From Candidatus Multivoradales bacterium (GTDB lineage: Bacteria > Acidobacteriota > Thermoanaerobaculia > Multivoradales > J023), in assembly GCA_965248925.1 (NCBI GenBank), contig CBDFLE010000006.1, positions 2,144,001 through 2,208,000 of the forward strand: 64,000 bases of DNA, in the 5' to 3' direction. The translations under genes were made by a program, and so were the position numbers. This document shows positions 8,237-18,163 of the stretch, piece by piece. The notes under the pieces are model-generated. The model was not told where the DNA came from. It saw nothing but the letters and a program-made list of their open reading frames with translations, and made no database searches. How positions within the stretch are numbered: the first letter of the stretch is position 1; each line of letters begins with the position of its first letter.

Positions 8237-9632
8237 GGATCTCATTCGAGCTGCCAACACGACTACCGCAGGGAAACGCATGTCGTACGATGCGACCCAG
8301 GTCGACCGCTTGCAGCACTACTGCCAGCAGCAGCCAGACGGCGGCAGCCCTAAAGAGAGCGATCCGCTCCGCCGCCAAGCCCAGCGCCAGAGCAGGCATG
8401 CCAACCGTCCACAGACCGAGGATAGCGGCCCGTAGAAAAGGTGACGACAACTCGTAGGGGGAGTCCAACCGGGCGCGAAAGGAGTTGCCGGCCGAGGCCC
8501 ACATCCAGGTGTTGATGGACCACAGGCGAGGGGTGATCGCGACAACGATCTGAGCCAGAAAACCGAGCAGGGCCGCGACCCCATAAGCCATCGCCGCCGG
8601 CACGATCCACGCCCCGGCCGGCTGCGTCGCCAAGGCCATTCCCAGCGCTATCCCGACCACCAGATAACCCAGCGCCAGCGCGATCTGGCAGAGAGTCAGA
8701 TCGAATTTGGGTCGCGCCTTCGCCGCCGGCCGTCGATGGCGCAGCATCCAGCCGACCCGCCAGAAAAAGGTCGCCAAGCCCAGCACGATCACCCCGGCAA
8801 ACACCGCCGACCCACGACTGCCCAGTAGCAGAGTGACGAAGAGACCCAGCACCCCACCCTCGAGCACCACGGCGCCCAGCCACAACCCACGGCCCCGCGG
8901 CATCGCCGCCGGCAGCAGCATCGGCAACAGCCGGTTGCAGACCGCGATCACCAGGGTTATCGCCCAGCCAATCACCGCCAGGTGGGCGTGGGCGAAGACC
9001 CGCCCATGGACATGGGCCGGCAGGAAAGAAACCGTCTTGTCGATGCCGATCAACACTCCGAGAAACGCAGCCAAGAAAAGATTGCCGAAAGCCAGGTAGA
9101 AGGGCAGCTTGACCTCAAAGGGTAGCTTCGCAGAGGCCAGCGGCCGGAGAAAGCTTCGTGCCGGCAGCACCAAACCCACGGTCAGCAACAGCGCCGAGCC
9201 GGCCATCCCCGACGCTTCGTCGATCCAAAAATGACCCACCATTCCCGCCGCGCCAGCAGCGACTAACGCTAGCCCCCACCAGTCGCCGCGCCGAGCCGGC
9301 AAACGAGTCCCCAACGCCATCGGCGCCACCAAATAGAGAGCGCCGAGGATCGAGCAGGTGATCCAGCCGAGAGTAATCAGATGCACTACCACCAGCATCC
9401 GCGGGTGGTAGTAGAAGCCGGCGATGCTCCAGGGATCTGCCGCCATCACCGCAAAAGCAGTGCCCAAACAGAGATGGGCGAAGACAAAGTAGGCCAGCGG
9501 CAGCCTGAGCGGCGGTAGGCGCCGAGCCCAACGGCGACGCACCTCCGCAGAGGCAAACGCCAGCCTGCCGGCGGAGTTCAACAGCGACTCTGACCGCTCC
9601 CCAGGACTGTTTGCAGATCGGCCAGATGTCAT
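8211..9632 (-). CDS. Polytopic membrane protein with conserved His (NnrS/heme-copper oxidase subunit I-like)
   Basis: ~12 TM; HLITLGW..ILGALY and HAHLAVIGW motifs; downstream of ric. Confidence 0.6.
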   Translation of the reverse strand: MTSGRSANSPGERSESLLNSAGRLAFASAEVRRRWARRLPPLRLPLAYFVFAHLCLGTAFAVMAADPWSIAGFYYHPRMLVVVHLITLGWITCSILGALYLVAPMALGTRLPARRGDWWGLALVAAGAAGMVGHFWIDEASGMAGSALLLTVGLVLPARSFLRPLASAKLPFEVKLPFYLAFGNLFLAAFLGVLIGIDKTVSFLPAHVHGRVFAHAHLAVIGWAITLVIAVCNRLLPMLLPAAMPRGRGLWLGAVVLEGGVLGLFVTLLLGSRGSAVFAGVIVLGLATFFWRVGWMLRHRRPAAKARPKFDLTLCQIALALGYLVVGIALGMALATQPAGAWIVPAAMAYGVAALLGFLAQIVVAITPRLWSINTWMWASAGNSFRARLDSPYELSSPFLRAAILGLWTVGMPALALGLAAERIALFRAAAVWLLLAVVLQAVDLGRIVRHAFPCGSRVGSSNEILTRPRGRA

Positions 9633-9683
9633 CGTTTCAGCGCCTTGCCCACGACTCGCCGGCCAATCCGGCAGAAATCGCCG

Positions 9684-10355
9684 TCAAGAAGCCAGAGAGC
9701 GGGGGAACAGAAAATTGTTCTCCAGGTGGATGTGCTCGTGCAAGGACATCTCGAGCGCTTCCAGGCCGGCCCATAGGGCGCACCAGGTATTACAGGCACC
9801 GGCGGGAGCCTGGTAGTTGTCGGTCAGCTCGCGCAGCCGCCGCAAAGCCGCTCCCGCTGACTCGTGCTCGTACTCCATCACATCGATCGGTCCGCCGGCC
9901 TGAGCGCCCCGGCCGGCGCGGATCATCGGAAAAAGAACCTCTTCCTCCTTGAGCATGTGAGACGTGAGTTCGTCGCTCAACCCGCGCAGCGTCTTGAGCA
10001 GACCCTGCAACCTCTCGGGATCCTTCTCACCATGCACCCGGTAGACCTTCTCGGCCATCGCCAACAAGCGTGGCAACTCCTCCTTCAGCGGGCCGTGGTA
10101 TGCCTCTAGGATGTGGTCGATCAGCTGTTCCAACGGCGCTGTCCCCCACGGCCGCGAGGACTGCGGCGCCTGATCGACCTCGGCTCGGATGTCGCCGATG
10201 ACCGTATCTATATCCAGCCCGCGCTGGGCACAGGCGTCAGCTAGTGACACACCGCCACCGCAGCAGAAATCGATGCCATGGCGTGAGAAAACCCGGGTCG
10301 CCAAGGGCAGGGCGCCCGCGAGGTCACCAACCTTCGTATCGCTTTGAATGTCCAT
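9684..10355 (-). CDS. ric: Iron-sulfur cluster repair di-iron protein (RIC/YtfE/ScdA)
   Basis: GIDFCCGG ScdA_N motif; hemerythrin-like HMLKEE, EH, HIHLENN; ACNTW. Confidence 0.95.
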   Translation of the reverse strand: MDIQSDTKVGDLAGALPLATRVFSRHGIDFCCGGGVSLADACAQRGLDIDTVIGDIRAEVDQAPQSSRPWGTAPLEQLIDHILEAYHGPLKEELPRLLAMAEKVYRVHGEKDPERLQGLLKTLRGLSDELTSHMLKEEEVLFPMIRAGRGAQAGGPIDVMEYEHESAGAALRRLRELTDNYQAPAGACNTWCALWAGLEALEMSLHEHIHLENNFLFPRSLAS

Positions 10356-10403
10356 TCTCAGAGCCTCCTCGACGGATTCTCCCAGGCTTCTTGGAGGCTC
10401 GAT

Positions 10404-10417
10404 ATGACAACCATCAT
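10404..10417. promoter_or_regulatory. Possible Crp/Fnr-family operator (ATGA-N6-TCAT)
   Basis: Palindrome ATGACAACCATCAT in the divergent ric/radical SAM intergenic region, ~50 nt upstream of ric; resembles the TTGA-N6-TCAA FNR/DNR box. Confidence 0.4.
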
Positions 10418-10519
10418 GCGGTCAGCCACGACTAAGAAGGTAGCTTCTGCATAGCAACAACGGTGACAACAATGGTGACTAAGAAGACGCCGCAAAAGAA
10501 CCCGAAGAGGACCTCTTCC

Positions 10520-11758
10520 ATGTACGCCGAACTGCGCACTAACCCAGCATTGCTCAAGCTAGACCTCTACTGCCGAGGAGTGCGCCTCGACGACTCCTGC
10601 TTTGTCGTCGACGATGGCGGCCGACCGATCCTCCGCACCCGCGCCGGTCTAGGCAGTGGCCTGGAGATGATCTTGCCCGGAGAGTTGTGGACCAACGTGC
10701 CAGTGAGCGAGGCCTTCGCCAAAGACTCGCCCTACACGCTCGCGCGCCAATCTGGGGGGCGCTACTTGCTGAAATGGCGGGGCGAACCAGTGGCCGAGCC
10801 GCGCCTCGCCCCGCGTCCCGACTGGTACGACCGCAAGACCCACTCCGGCAAACCGATGACCCGCATCGGCACCCTGCAAGGCACCTACCTGGGGATCTAC
10901 CAGGCCAAGGTCTGCGAATATTGGACTGAGAAGCCGGAGCGATCGAATTGCAAATTCTGCTCGGTGGGCCTGAACCTAGGGGTGGACGACGCCGACGACA
11001 AATCGGTGGAGGAGGTCCTGGAGGTCATCCGCGTGGCCCAGCGCGAGTCCGGCATCACCTACGTCGACTTCAACACCGGCCACTACGAAGGTGACACCTA
11101 CCTCGACATTTTGGAGCCCTTCATCACCCGGATCAAGAGCGAACTCGGCTTGCTGGTGGGGGTGCAAACACCGCCGCACCGCGACCTGAAGCGTTACGAC
11201 CACCTGCGGCAGATGGGCGTCAACCGGGTTTCTTTCTGCTTCGAGATCTTCGACCGTCAACTCTTCGAGGAGATCTGCCCAGGCAAGCACCGCGAGTATG
11301 GCCTCGACCACTACCTCGAAGCGATTCGCTACTGCGCCACTTTGGGGAATCGCGGTCCGCGCCACGAGCCTTGGGTATCCAACGGTGAGATCATCGCTGG
11401 TCTGGAGCCTGCCGAATCCTCGATCCGCGCCATCGACTGGATCACCTCGGTGGGAGCCATCCCCACGGTCTGTGTTTTCAGGCCGCTACAAGGCACCGAC
11501 CTGGCCGATCACCCGCCGCCGAATACCGAAGAGATGGTGCCGATCTTCCGCCGGCTCTACGAAGCGTGCATGGAACGTGGCCTACCCATCGGCTGCGCGC
11601 CAAATGTGCATGTCAGCCTGGTCATGCTGCCTGAAGAATGCAGCTCGCTGAGCAGCCACCGCTACCCCTGGCAGAACCTCAAGCTCAGCGCGATGAAGAA
11701 GATCTACGGCCGGCGATTCAACCGCCGACTCAAGGCCTTGCGGCGGAGAGCCGCCTAG
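10520..11758 (+). CDS. Radical SAM protein (MSMEG_0568-like, atypical Cys spacing)
   Basis: CEYWTEKPERSNCKFC (CX11CX2C); IIAGLEP; VCVFRPLQGT; GAGGA RBS before ATG 10520. Confidence 0.8.
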   Translation: MYAELRTNPALLKLDLYCRGVRLDDSCFVVDDGGRPILRTRAGLGSGLEMILPGELWTNVPVSEAFAKDSPYTLARQSGGRYLLKWRGEPVAEPRLAPRPDWYDRKTHSGKPMTRIGTLQGTYLGIYQAKVCEYWTEKPERSNCKFCSVGLNLGVDDADDKSVEEVLEVIRVAQRESGITYVDFNTGHYEGDTYLDILEPFITRIKSELGLLVGVQTPPHRDLKRYDHLRQMGVNRVSFCFEIFDRQLFEEICPGKHREYGLDHYLEAIRYCATLGNRGPRHEPWVSNGEIIAGLEPAESSIRAIDWITSVGAIPTVCVFRPLQGTDLADHPPPNTEEMVPIFRRLYEACMERGLPIGCAPNVHVSLVMLPEECSSLSSHRYPWQNLKLSAMKKIYGRRFNRRLKALRRRAA

Positions 11759-11926
11759 CCCCGGTCGACGCTGCCACTCGCCTTTCCTTCCTCCGGACAC
11801 ACCGAGGAGGGAGGGTGAGCCCTACCCCCTTGGACGGTTCGTCTCTGTTCTGACTCGTCTAGTCTCTGCAAGCTGTTGCATCTGACTACCGCTCGCCGCG
11901 TTGGCCAGAGCCGTGGAGGAGACAGG

Positions 11927-12652
11927 ATGGTCGAAACCGAACAAATCCAACATACCGAATTGCTGACTCGAGAAACTCTGCGTGACCGGCTGACCGCCTT
12001 GCCCAGGTACTCCGAGCTGTCGAGCGCCAGTCGAGAACGGCTAGTCGCCCTCGGCATCTCGCGCCTGTGCCGGGCCAACGATCACCTTTTTCGCCAGGGA
12101 GAGACTTCCGGTTCCCTCTTCATCCTGCTCAGCGGACGGATCAAGATGGTCCGATCCTTGAGTAACGGCCGCAGTGTGATGCTGGCGCTGTTCAGTGCTG
12201 GTGACGCGATCGGAGTCTCCCTGCTCGGCGGCCGACCCAGTGAGGCCAACTTCATTGCTCTCGAAAGTTCCCTGCTCCTGGAAATCCCCAGCTCCAAGCT
12301 GCTGGCTGCCACCCAAGATATGCCGCAGCTGTTGGTCGACCTGTTACCAATCCTGACCGAGAAAGTAGCCGAATGCCGCAACTGCGTCATCGAAGGCACC
12401 TTCTACCGGATCGAGCCGCGGCTCGCCAGGCTGTTCCTCAAGCTGGCGGAAACCGTCGGCCGCACCGAGCAAGCCACCACCTTCATCCCAGTACCATTGT
12501 CGCGCCAAGATCTGGCGGATATGGCGGGTACCACCATCGAGACCAGTATCCGGATCATGAGCCGCTGGGGCAAAGCAGGCATCGTCGAAACCCGCGCCGA
12601 TGGCTTCGTCTTGCACAACCGCCAAGCACTGTCAAAGACCTGCAACGGCTGA
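11927..12652 (+). CDS. Crp/Fnr-family transcriptional regulator
   Basis: cNMP-like domain (LFRQGE..LFILLSGRIK) and HTH LSRQDLADMAGTTIETSIR. Confidence 0.9.
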   Translation: MVETEQIQHTELLTRETLRDRLTALPRYSELSSASRERLVALGISRLCRANDHLFRQGETSGSLFILLSGRIKMVRSLSNGRSVMLALFSAGDAIGVSLLGGRPSEANFIALESSLLLEIPSSKLLAATQDMPQLLVDLLPILTEKVAECRNCVIEGTFYRIEPRLARLFLKLAETVGRTEQATTFIPVPLSRQDLADMAGTTIETSIRIMSRWGKAGIVETRADGFVLHNRQALSKTCNG

Positions 12653-12704
12653 TACTCCTTCCTGGCCGCAGATGAAAGACACCTGCCGCGCACGCAGCAA
12701 CTCT

Positions 12705-13571
12705 TCACTCCCCCTCGAGTAGCGCCCGCATCTCGGCAAAGCGGGCCTTTTCCTTGGCATCGACCTCGGGATAAGAAATGTCGAGACTCTCGAGGGCCGC
12801 CACCAAAGTGCGGGCGACGGTCAGCCGCATGTAGGGCTTGTCGTCGGCCGGGATGGCATACCACGGCGCCCAAGGACGCGAAGTGGCATTGAGGGCATCT
12901 TGATAGGCCGCCTGGTATTGCTCCCAATGGCCGCGTTCACGCACATCACCGGCGGAGAACTTCCAGTTCTTCTCCGGCTCGTCGAGGCGCGACAAGAAGC
13001 GTTGCCGCTGCTCCTCCTTCGAGACATTGAGAAAGAACTTCAGGATCACCGTGCCGTTGCGCGCCAGATGCCTCTCCTGCTGGCGAATCGACTCATAGCG
13101 CTCCTCCCAGATCTGCTCCCGCACCCGTGGCAGACGCTGGCCACCGAGGTACTCAGGATGTACCTTCACCACCAGCACTTCTTCGTAATAGCTGCGATTA
13201 AAGACTCCGATCCGCCCGCGCTCCGGCAACCGCTTGGTGGTACGCCACAGGAAGTCATGATCCAGCTCTTCCGCCGAAGGCACCTTGAACGACGACACCT
13301 GACAGCCCGCCGGATTGACCCCCGACATCACTGCCCGGATAGTGCCATCCTTGCCCGCCGCATCCATCGCTTGGAAGACCAGCAAGACACTGTAGCGATC
13401 GTCGGCATAGAGCACCCGCTGAAGCTCGGCGAGGCGCTTGCGCAGCTTGCCGAGCTGCTGACGACACTCCTTCTTCCCCGGTGCCTTGGCCGGCGGCTGG
13501 GTGGCCGACTCGGCGATCTCAAAAGACTCAGCAAACGGCACCAGGTACGGACTATCGACGGCTTCAAACAT
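12705..13571 (-). CDS. ppk2: Polyphosphate kinase 2 family (class III-like)
   Basis: [10 protein letters not shown] Walker [17 protein letters not shown]. Confidence 0.92.
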   Translation of the reverse strand: MFEAVDSPYLVPFAESFEIAESATQPPAKAPGKKECRQQLGKLRKRLAELQRVLYADDRYSVLLVFQAMDAAGKDGTIRAVMSGVNPAGCQVSSFKVPSAEELDHDFLWRTTKRLPERGRIGVFNRSYYEEVLVVKVHPEYLGGQRLPRVREQIWEERYESIRQQERHLARNGTVILKFFLNVSKEEQRQRFLSRLDEPEKNWKFSAGDVRERGHWEQYQAAYQDALNATSRPWAPWYAIPADDKPYMRLTVARTLVAALESLDISYPEVDAKEKARFAEMRALLEGE

Positions 13572-13765
13572 CTGTGCTCCTCCTCAGGTGGACGGCTCGG
13601 AATCCGAGACCGGCGTAGGCTATCGCACTCGCGCTTGCATGTTTTGCGAACAACATGGGGCTATCCTGGCCGAATCGGGACTACGATCGATAGACCAGCC
13701 GTCGTAGCCCCAGAACCAAACTAACTGACCGGCTCGCGCCTCATCGATCAAAGCACGGGCCGCTG

Positions 13766-13834
13766 ATTGCCAAGAGTCTCATTGCCAAGAAAAGCCTTGG
13801 CAACGGATCTCTTGGCAACAGATCTCTTGGCAAT
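13766..13834. repeat. Short ~15-bp-period repeat with a mid-array inversion (core TTGCCAAG)
   Basis: Two forward copies (13767, 13782) and three reverse-complement copies (13796, 13811, 13826). Confidence 0.8.
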
Positions 13835-13880
13835 AAGACGCTGGGGAGGGGCCCCGGGCAGGGACGAATCCAGGGCTCAA

Positions 13881-15344
13881 CTAGCCGCAGAGCTGCCGAT
13901 ACAACTCTTCGTACTCGCCGCTCTGCTTTTCCCAGGAGTAGTCCTGGCCCATGCCGTTGAGGCGTAGCAGGTGCCAGGCGTCGGGGTCTTGGTAGACCTC
14001 CAAGGCGCGTTTCAGCGCCCAGGCGAAGCCGGTGGAGTCGTAGTGGTCGAAGACGAAGCCGGTGCCCTCGCCCGAGGCGACTGAGAATTGCTCGACGGTG
14101 TCGGCCAGGCCACCAGTCTTGCGCACCACCGGCGGAGTGCCGTAGCGCAGGCTGTACATTTGGTTCAAGCCGCAGGGCTCGAAGCGGGAGGGCATCAGGA
14201 AGATGTCGGCGCCGGCCTCAATCAAATGCGCCAACGGCTCGTTATAGCCGCGGTAGTAGCAAACTTTCTGCGGATGGGCCTGCTGTAGCTGCTGGAAGAA
14301 GCCCTCGTACTGCTCTTCACCGGTGCCGAGCACGGTCAGGCGCACGTCGAGGTGGCGCAGCATCTGCGGCAGGGCATCGTACATCAGCTCGAATCCCTTC
14401 TGCCCGGTCAGCCGCGAGACGATCCCCAACACCGGCGCCCGCTCGCCCCGGGGCAGGCCGAGTTCGGCCAGCAGATGCTCTTTGTTCTCACGCTTGCCGC
14501 GCTTGACGCTCTTGATCGAATAACGCCGCTTGATGTGCTGATCGACCGACGGATCCCACTCGCCGTAGTCGACTCCATTGACGATGCCGACGACCGAGGA
14601 GCTGCGCTCCCGCAGCAGTGCGTCGAGACCAAAACCGTGGGCCTCGGTCTGGATCTCGCGAGCATAGGTGCGGCTGACCGTGGTGACCACGTCGGCATAG
14701 AGCAGGCCGGTCTTGAGAAAACTGATAGCGCCCTGTTCGAGATCTTTCTGGAAAAGTTTCGAGCGAACGCGCCCGAGACCCAGATTGCCTAGCACCTCGG
14801 CCGGGAAGACCCCCTGGTAGGCCAAGTTGTGAATGGTCAGCACGGTCTTGGTGTCGGCGAACAGCTGATCCCAGCCGTAGAGGGCCTGGCGATAGAGCGG
14901 CACCAACGCTGAATGCCAATCGTTGGCGTGCAGCACATCGGGCTTAAAACCCATCCGCTGACAGCACTCGAACACCGCCCGCGACAGCAGGCTGAAGCGC
15001 AGATGCTCGTCCCAATCGCCGGTGTAGATGCCGTCCCGATGGTAGAGCTGTGGACAGTTGATGAAGTAAACGTCGCAGTCCGAGCCCGGCAGCTTGGCCG
15101 AGAAAACCGAGAATGTAACTGCCTGCTCACCGAGGTCGACCCGCAGCTGGCGCAGGAACTCGACCGGCGTAAAGTCGAAGCGCTCACTGTCGATCTTCGA
15201 GTACAGAGGGGTGAAAACCCGTACATCGTGGCCGCGCCGCAGTAATGCCGCTGGCAGGGCGCCCGCCACATCGGCTAGGCCACCGGTCTTCGAAAAGGGC
15301 GCCACTTCCGCGGCGACAAAAGCGATCTTGAGGGGTTCAGACAA
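13881..15344 (-). CDS. glgA: Glycogen synthase
   Basis: KTGGLADV, HANDWH, TIHNLAYQG, MPSRFEPCGLNQ. Confidence 0.96.
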   Translation of the reverse strand: MSEPLKIAFVAAEVAPFSKTGGLADVAGALPAALLRRGHDVRVFTPLYSKIDSERFDFTPVEFLRQLRVDLGEQAVTFSVFSAKLPGSDCDVYFINCPQLYHRDGIYTGDWDEHLRFSLLSRAVFECCQRMGFKPDVLHANDWHSALVPLYRQALYGWDQLFADTKTVLTIHNLAYQGVFPAEVLGNLGLGRVRSKLFQKDLEQGAISFLKTGLLYADVVTTVSRTYAREIQTEAHGFGLDALLRERSSSVVGIVNGVDYGEWDPSVDQHIKRRYSIKSVKRGKRENKEHLLAELGLPRGERAPVLGIVSRLTGQKGFELMYDALPQMLRHLDVRLTVLGTGEEQYEGFFQQLQQAHPQKVCYYRGYNEPLAHLIEAGADIFLMPSRFEPCGLNQMYSLRYGTPPVVRKTGGLADTVEQFSVASGEGTGFVFDHYDSTGFAWALKRALEVYQDPDAWHLLRLNGMGQDYSWEKQSGEYEELYRQLCG

Positions 15345-15349
15345 GGCTG

Positions 15350-16660
15350 CTAAACCACCGTACCGGGCTCGATCACCGCGTTCGAGGGCACCACGATCAC
15401 CCCACCGCGGATGCAGTAGTTCTCGCCATCGGCTTCCTCGACCCCGCCTTCGTTGACCAACTGCGCGCCGTCGCCGATCCGCGCTCCGGAATCGATGATG
15501 GCGCGGCGAATCCGGCAGTCCTTGCCAATACCGAAGGGCACCGGGCTGAGACCATCGCCGGTGTGCTGCCCTGAGCCGGTACCCATGATCACGCTCTCAA
15601 CGATCTCGGTGCCTTGGCGAATCATCGAGCGAGTACCGATCACCGAGCGCTCGACCGACTTGGCCAGCAACACACTGCCCTCACAGAGCACCGAATGTTT
15701 GATCTCGCAACCCCGCACCTTGACTCCGGGCAAGAAGCGCGGGTGGGTGTAGATCGGATAGTCCGGGTGGTAAAGGTTGAGCGGTGGCTTGGGGAAGGTC
15801 AGTTCCAGGTTGGCCTCGTGGAAGGCTGGAATGGTGCCGATATCGCGCCAGTAGCCATTGTAAAGAAAGCCGTAGACGCGCAGATTGTGGATCGCCGCCG
15901 GGATGATCTCCTTGCCGAAATCAGTGCTGCTGGCGTCCTGCTGAAAGACCTCCTGCAAGGCTCCGCGGCGGAACACATACATCCCCATGCTGGCCAGCAG
16001 CATGCCGGGTTCGGCCTCGATACCGAGCTGGCTGATGGTCGCCGCATCGAGAGCCAGGCGATCGAGTTCGCCCTCTTCCTGCGGCTTCTCGACGAATTCG
16101 ACGATCCGCCCCTCCGCATCGCTGCGCATGATTCCCAGGCTCTTGGCCTCGGACCGAGGCACCGGCTTGACGGCGATAGTCAAATCGGCCTGATGCTCGC
16201 GGTGGTGGGTGACGAAGTCGCGCATGTTCAGCAGGTAAAGCTGATCGCCCGACAGCACCAGCACCTCGCGCTGACGCAGAAAAGTCAGCCGGCCGAGGTT
16301 GTGGCGCACCGCGTCGGCGGTTCCTTGATACCAGCTGCTGCCGGTGTCGATGCTCTGCGACGCCGCCAGGATGTTCACGAAGCCCTGTGAAAAATTATCG
16401 AAGCGGTAGGTCTGGGCGATATGCCGATGCAGGCTGGCGCTATTGAACTGAGTGAGGACAAAGATCTTGTCGATACCGGCGTGCAAGCTGTTGGAGATCG
16501 GAATGTCGATCAGCCGAAACTTGCCGGCCACCGGCACGGCCGGCTTGGCGCGGTATTGGGTCAACGGCCACAGGCGGGTCCCCTGACCTCCTCCGAGAAT
16601 TGCGGTGATGACCTGATCCAAAGTGCTTCTCCAGTTGGGATGCTGCGGAATCCGAGGCAT
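15350..16660 (-). CDS. glgC: Glucose-1-phosphate adenylyltransferase
   Basis: GGGQGTRLWPLT..RAKPAV, WYQGTADAV, FVEKP, DFGKEIIP. Confidence 0.96.
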   Translation of the reverse strand: MPRIPQHPNWRSTLDQVITAILGGGQGTRLWPLTQYRAKPAVPVAGKFRLIDIPISNSLHAGIDKIFVLTQFNSASLHRHIAQTYRFDNFSQGFVNILAASQSIDTGSSWYQGTADAVRHNLGRLTFLRQREVLVLSGDQLYLLNMRDFVTHHREHQADLTIAVKPVPRSEAKSLGIMRSDAEGRIVEFVEKPQEEGELDRLALDAATISQLGIEAEPGMLLASMGMYVFRRGALQEVFQQDASSTDFGKEIIPAAIHNLRVYGFLYNGYWRDIGTIPAFHEANLELTFPKPPLNLYHPDYPIYTHPRFLPGVKVRGCEIKHSVLCEGSVLLAKSVERSVIGTRSMIRQGTEIVESVIMGTGSGQHTGDGLSPVPFGIGKDCRIRRAIIDSGARIGDGAQLVNEGGVEEADGENYCIRGGVIVVPSNAVIEPGTVV

Positions 16661-16804
16661 CTTACAGGGGAAGCCGAGCCGTCACCAGGAGATTCCCCAA
16701 CCCTCGGCAGTCGGCGGAAATCCTTGCCCACGCGTCCCGGGTGGGACAAGATCTGCCGACCGCCAACATGACTCTTCGTCGCCTCGCGGTAGGAGATCCA
16801 CACC

Positions 16805-18028
16805 ATGCCCAACGTCGTCTTCGTCGCCCCGTACTTCATGGACACCACCCTGCGCTTCATCGAAGCGGTGGCGGAACATCCAGGCTCGCGCACGGTGCTA
16901 ATCGGCCAGGAGCGCAAGCAGAAACTACCCGACAACCTACGCCGTTCGCTGGCCGCCTATCTGCAAGTCGACGATGTCTTCGACAGCACCGCGCTGACCG
17001 AGACCGTGCGGCAAGTCGCCGAGCGAGCCGGCGGCGTCGAGCGGTTGCTCGGCACTTTGGAGCATCTGCAAGTGCCCCTGGCACAGGTGCGCGAAGCCCT
17101 CGACATTCCCGGCCTCGGCGTCGCGGCGGCCGAGAGCTTCCGCGACAAGGCACGGATGAAGACCCTGTTGCAAAAGGCCGGCCTACCTTGCGCCCGCCAC
17201 CGACGCCTCGAAAGCGCGGCCGAAGCCGCCGACTTCGCCGCCGAGGTCGGGTTTCCCCTGGTGATCAAACCCCTCGCCGGGGCGGGTTCCAAAAACACCT
17301 TTCAGGTCGCCGACCAGGCTGAACTCGACGACGCCCTGCGCCACGCTCCACCCGACCCTCAGCGGCCGATGCTGGCCGAAGAATTCGTCTCAGGCGATGA
17401 GCATTCCTTCGACGGCATTTCCATCGATGGCAAGCTAGTCTGGCATTCGCTGAGCCACTACCTACCAGGCTGTCTGGAGGCGATCCGCCAGCCGTGGGTG
17501 CAATGGTGCCTCTACTTGCCGCGAGAAGTCGAGGATCCGCGCTACGACGATATCCGCCAAGCCGCCGCCAGCACCCTTGACGTACTCGGCCAAACCACCG
17601 GCGTCTGCCACCTCGAGTGGTTCCGCCGGCCCGACGGCAGCCTGGCGATCTCTGAGGTCGGCGCCCGTCCCGGCGGCGTGCAGCTTTCTAAGCTGATCTC
17701 CTACGCCAACGACTTCGACTACTTCCGCGCTCTCGCCCGCTTGATGGTCGACCACCGGTGGACCTCGCCGCAGCGCAAGTACGCTTGCGGCGCCGCCTTC
17801 CTCCGCGGCCAGGGCGCCGGCCGGCGGGTCAAGGCCATCCACGGCATGCAACAAGCCCAAGAAGAACTCGGCCCCTTGGTGGTCGAGACCCAGCTACCAA
17901 GAATCGGCCACCCAGCCTCAGGCACCTACGAAGGTGAAGGCTGGGTGATCCTCCGCCACCCCGAGACCGCGGTCCTGCACCGCGCCCTCGGCCGGCTGGT
18001 CAGCCTGGTGCGGGTCGAGTTGGGTTAG
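16805..18028 (+). CDS. ATP-grasp domain protein (paralogue 1)
   Basis: FRDKARMK, VIKPLAGAGS, EEFVSG, HLEWF, EVGARPGG. Confidence 0.88.
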   Translation: MPNVVFVAPYFMDTTLRFIEAVAEHPGSRTVLIGQERKQKLPDNLRRSLAAYLQVDDVFDSTALTETVRQVAERAGGVERLLGTLEHLQVPLAQVREALDIPGLGVAAAESFRDKARMKTLLQKAGLPCARHRRLESAAEAADFAAEVGFPLVIKPLAGAGSKNTFQVADQAELDDALRHAPPDPQRPMLAEEFVSGDEHSFDGISIDGKLVWHSLSHYLPGCLEAIRQPWVQWCLYLPREVEDPRYDDIRQAAASTLDVLGQTTGVCHLEWFRRPDGSLAISEVGARPGGVQLSKLISYANDFDYFRALARLMVDHRWTSPQRKYACGAAFLRGQGAGRRVKAIHGMQQAQEELGPLVVETQLPRIGHPASGTYEGEGWVILRHPETAVLHRALGRLVSLVRVELG

Positions 18029-18163
18029 TTGCTAACGATCAGTCTGGAGAACACAATCCGGCAATCGAATCGAACCCGCCAGCCACTGACTTGTGGCAAG
18101 ATTCGAGACTCCACGAACCGAGGTCGGCCGACCGCTTGAAGGCGGTTCGTCTAAGGAGGCTCC

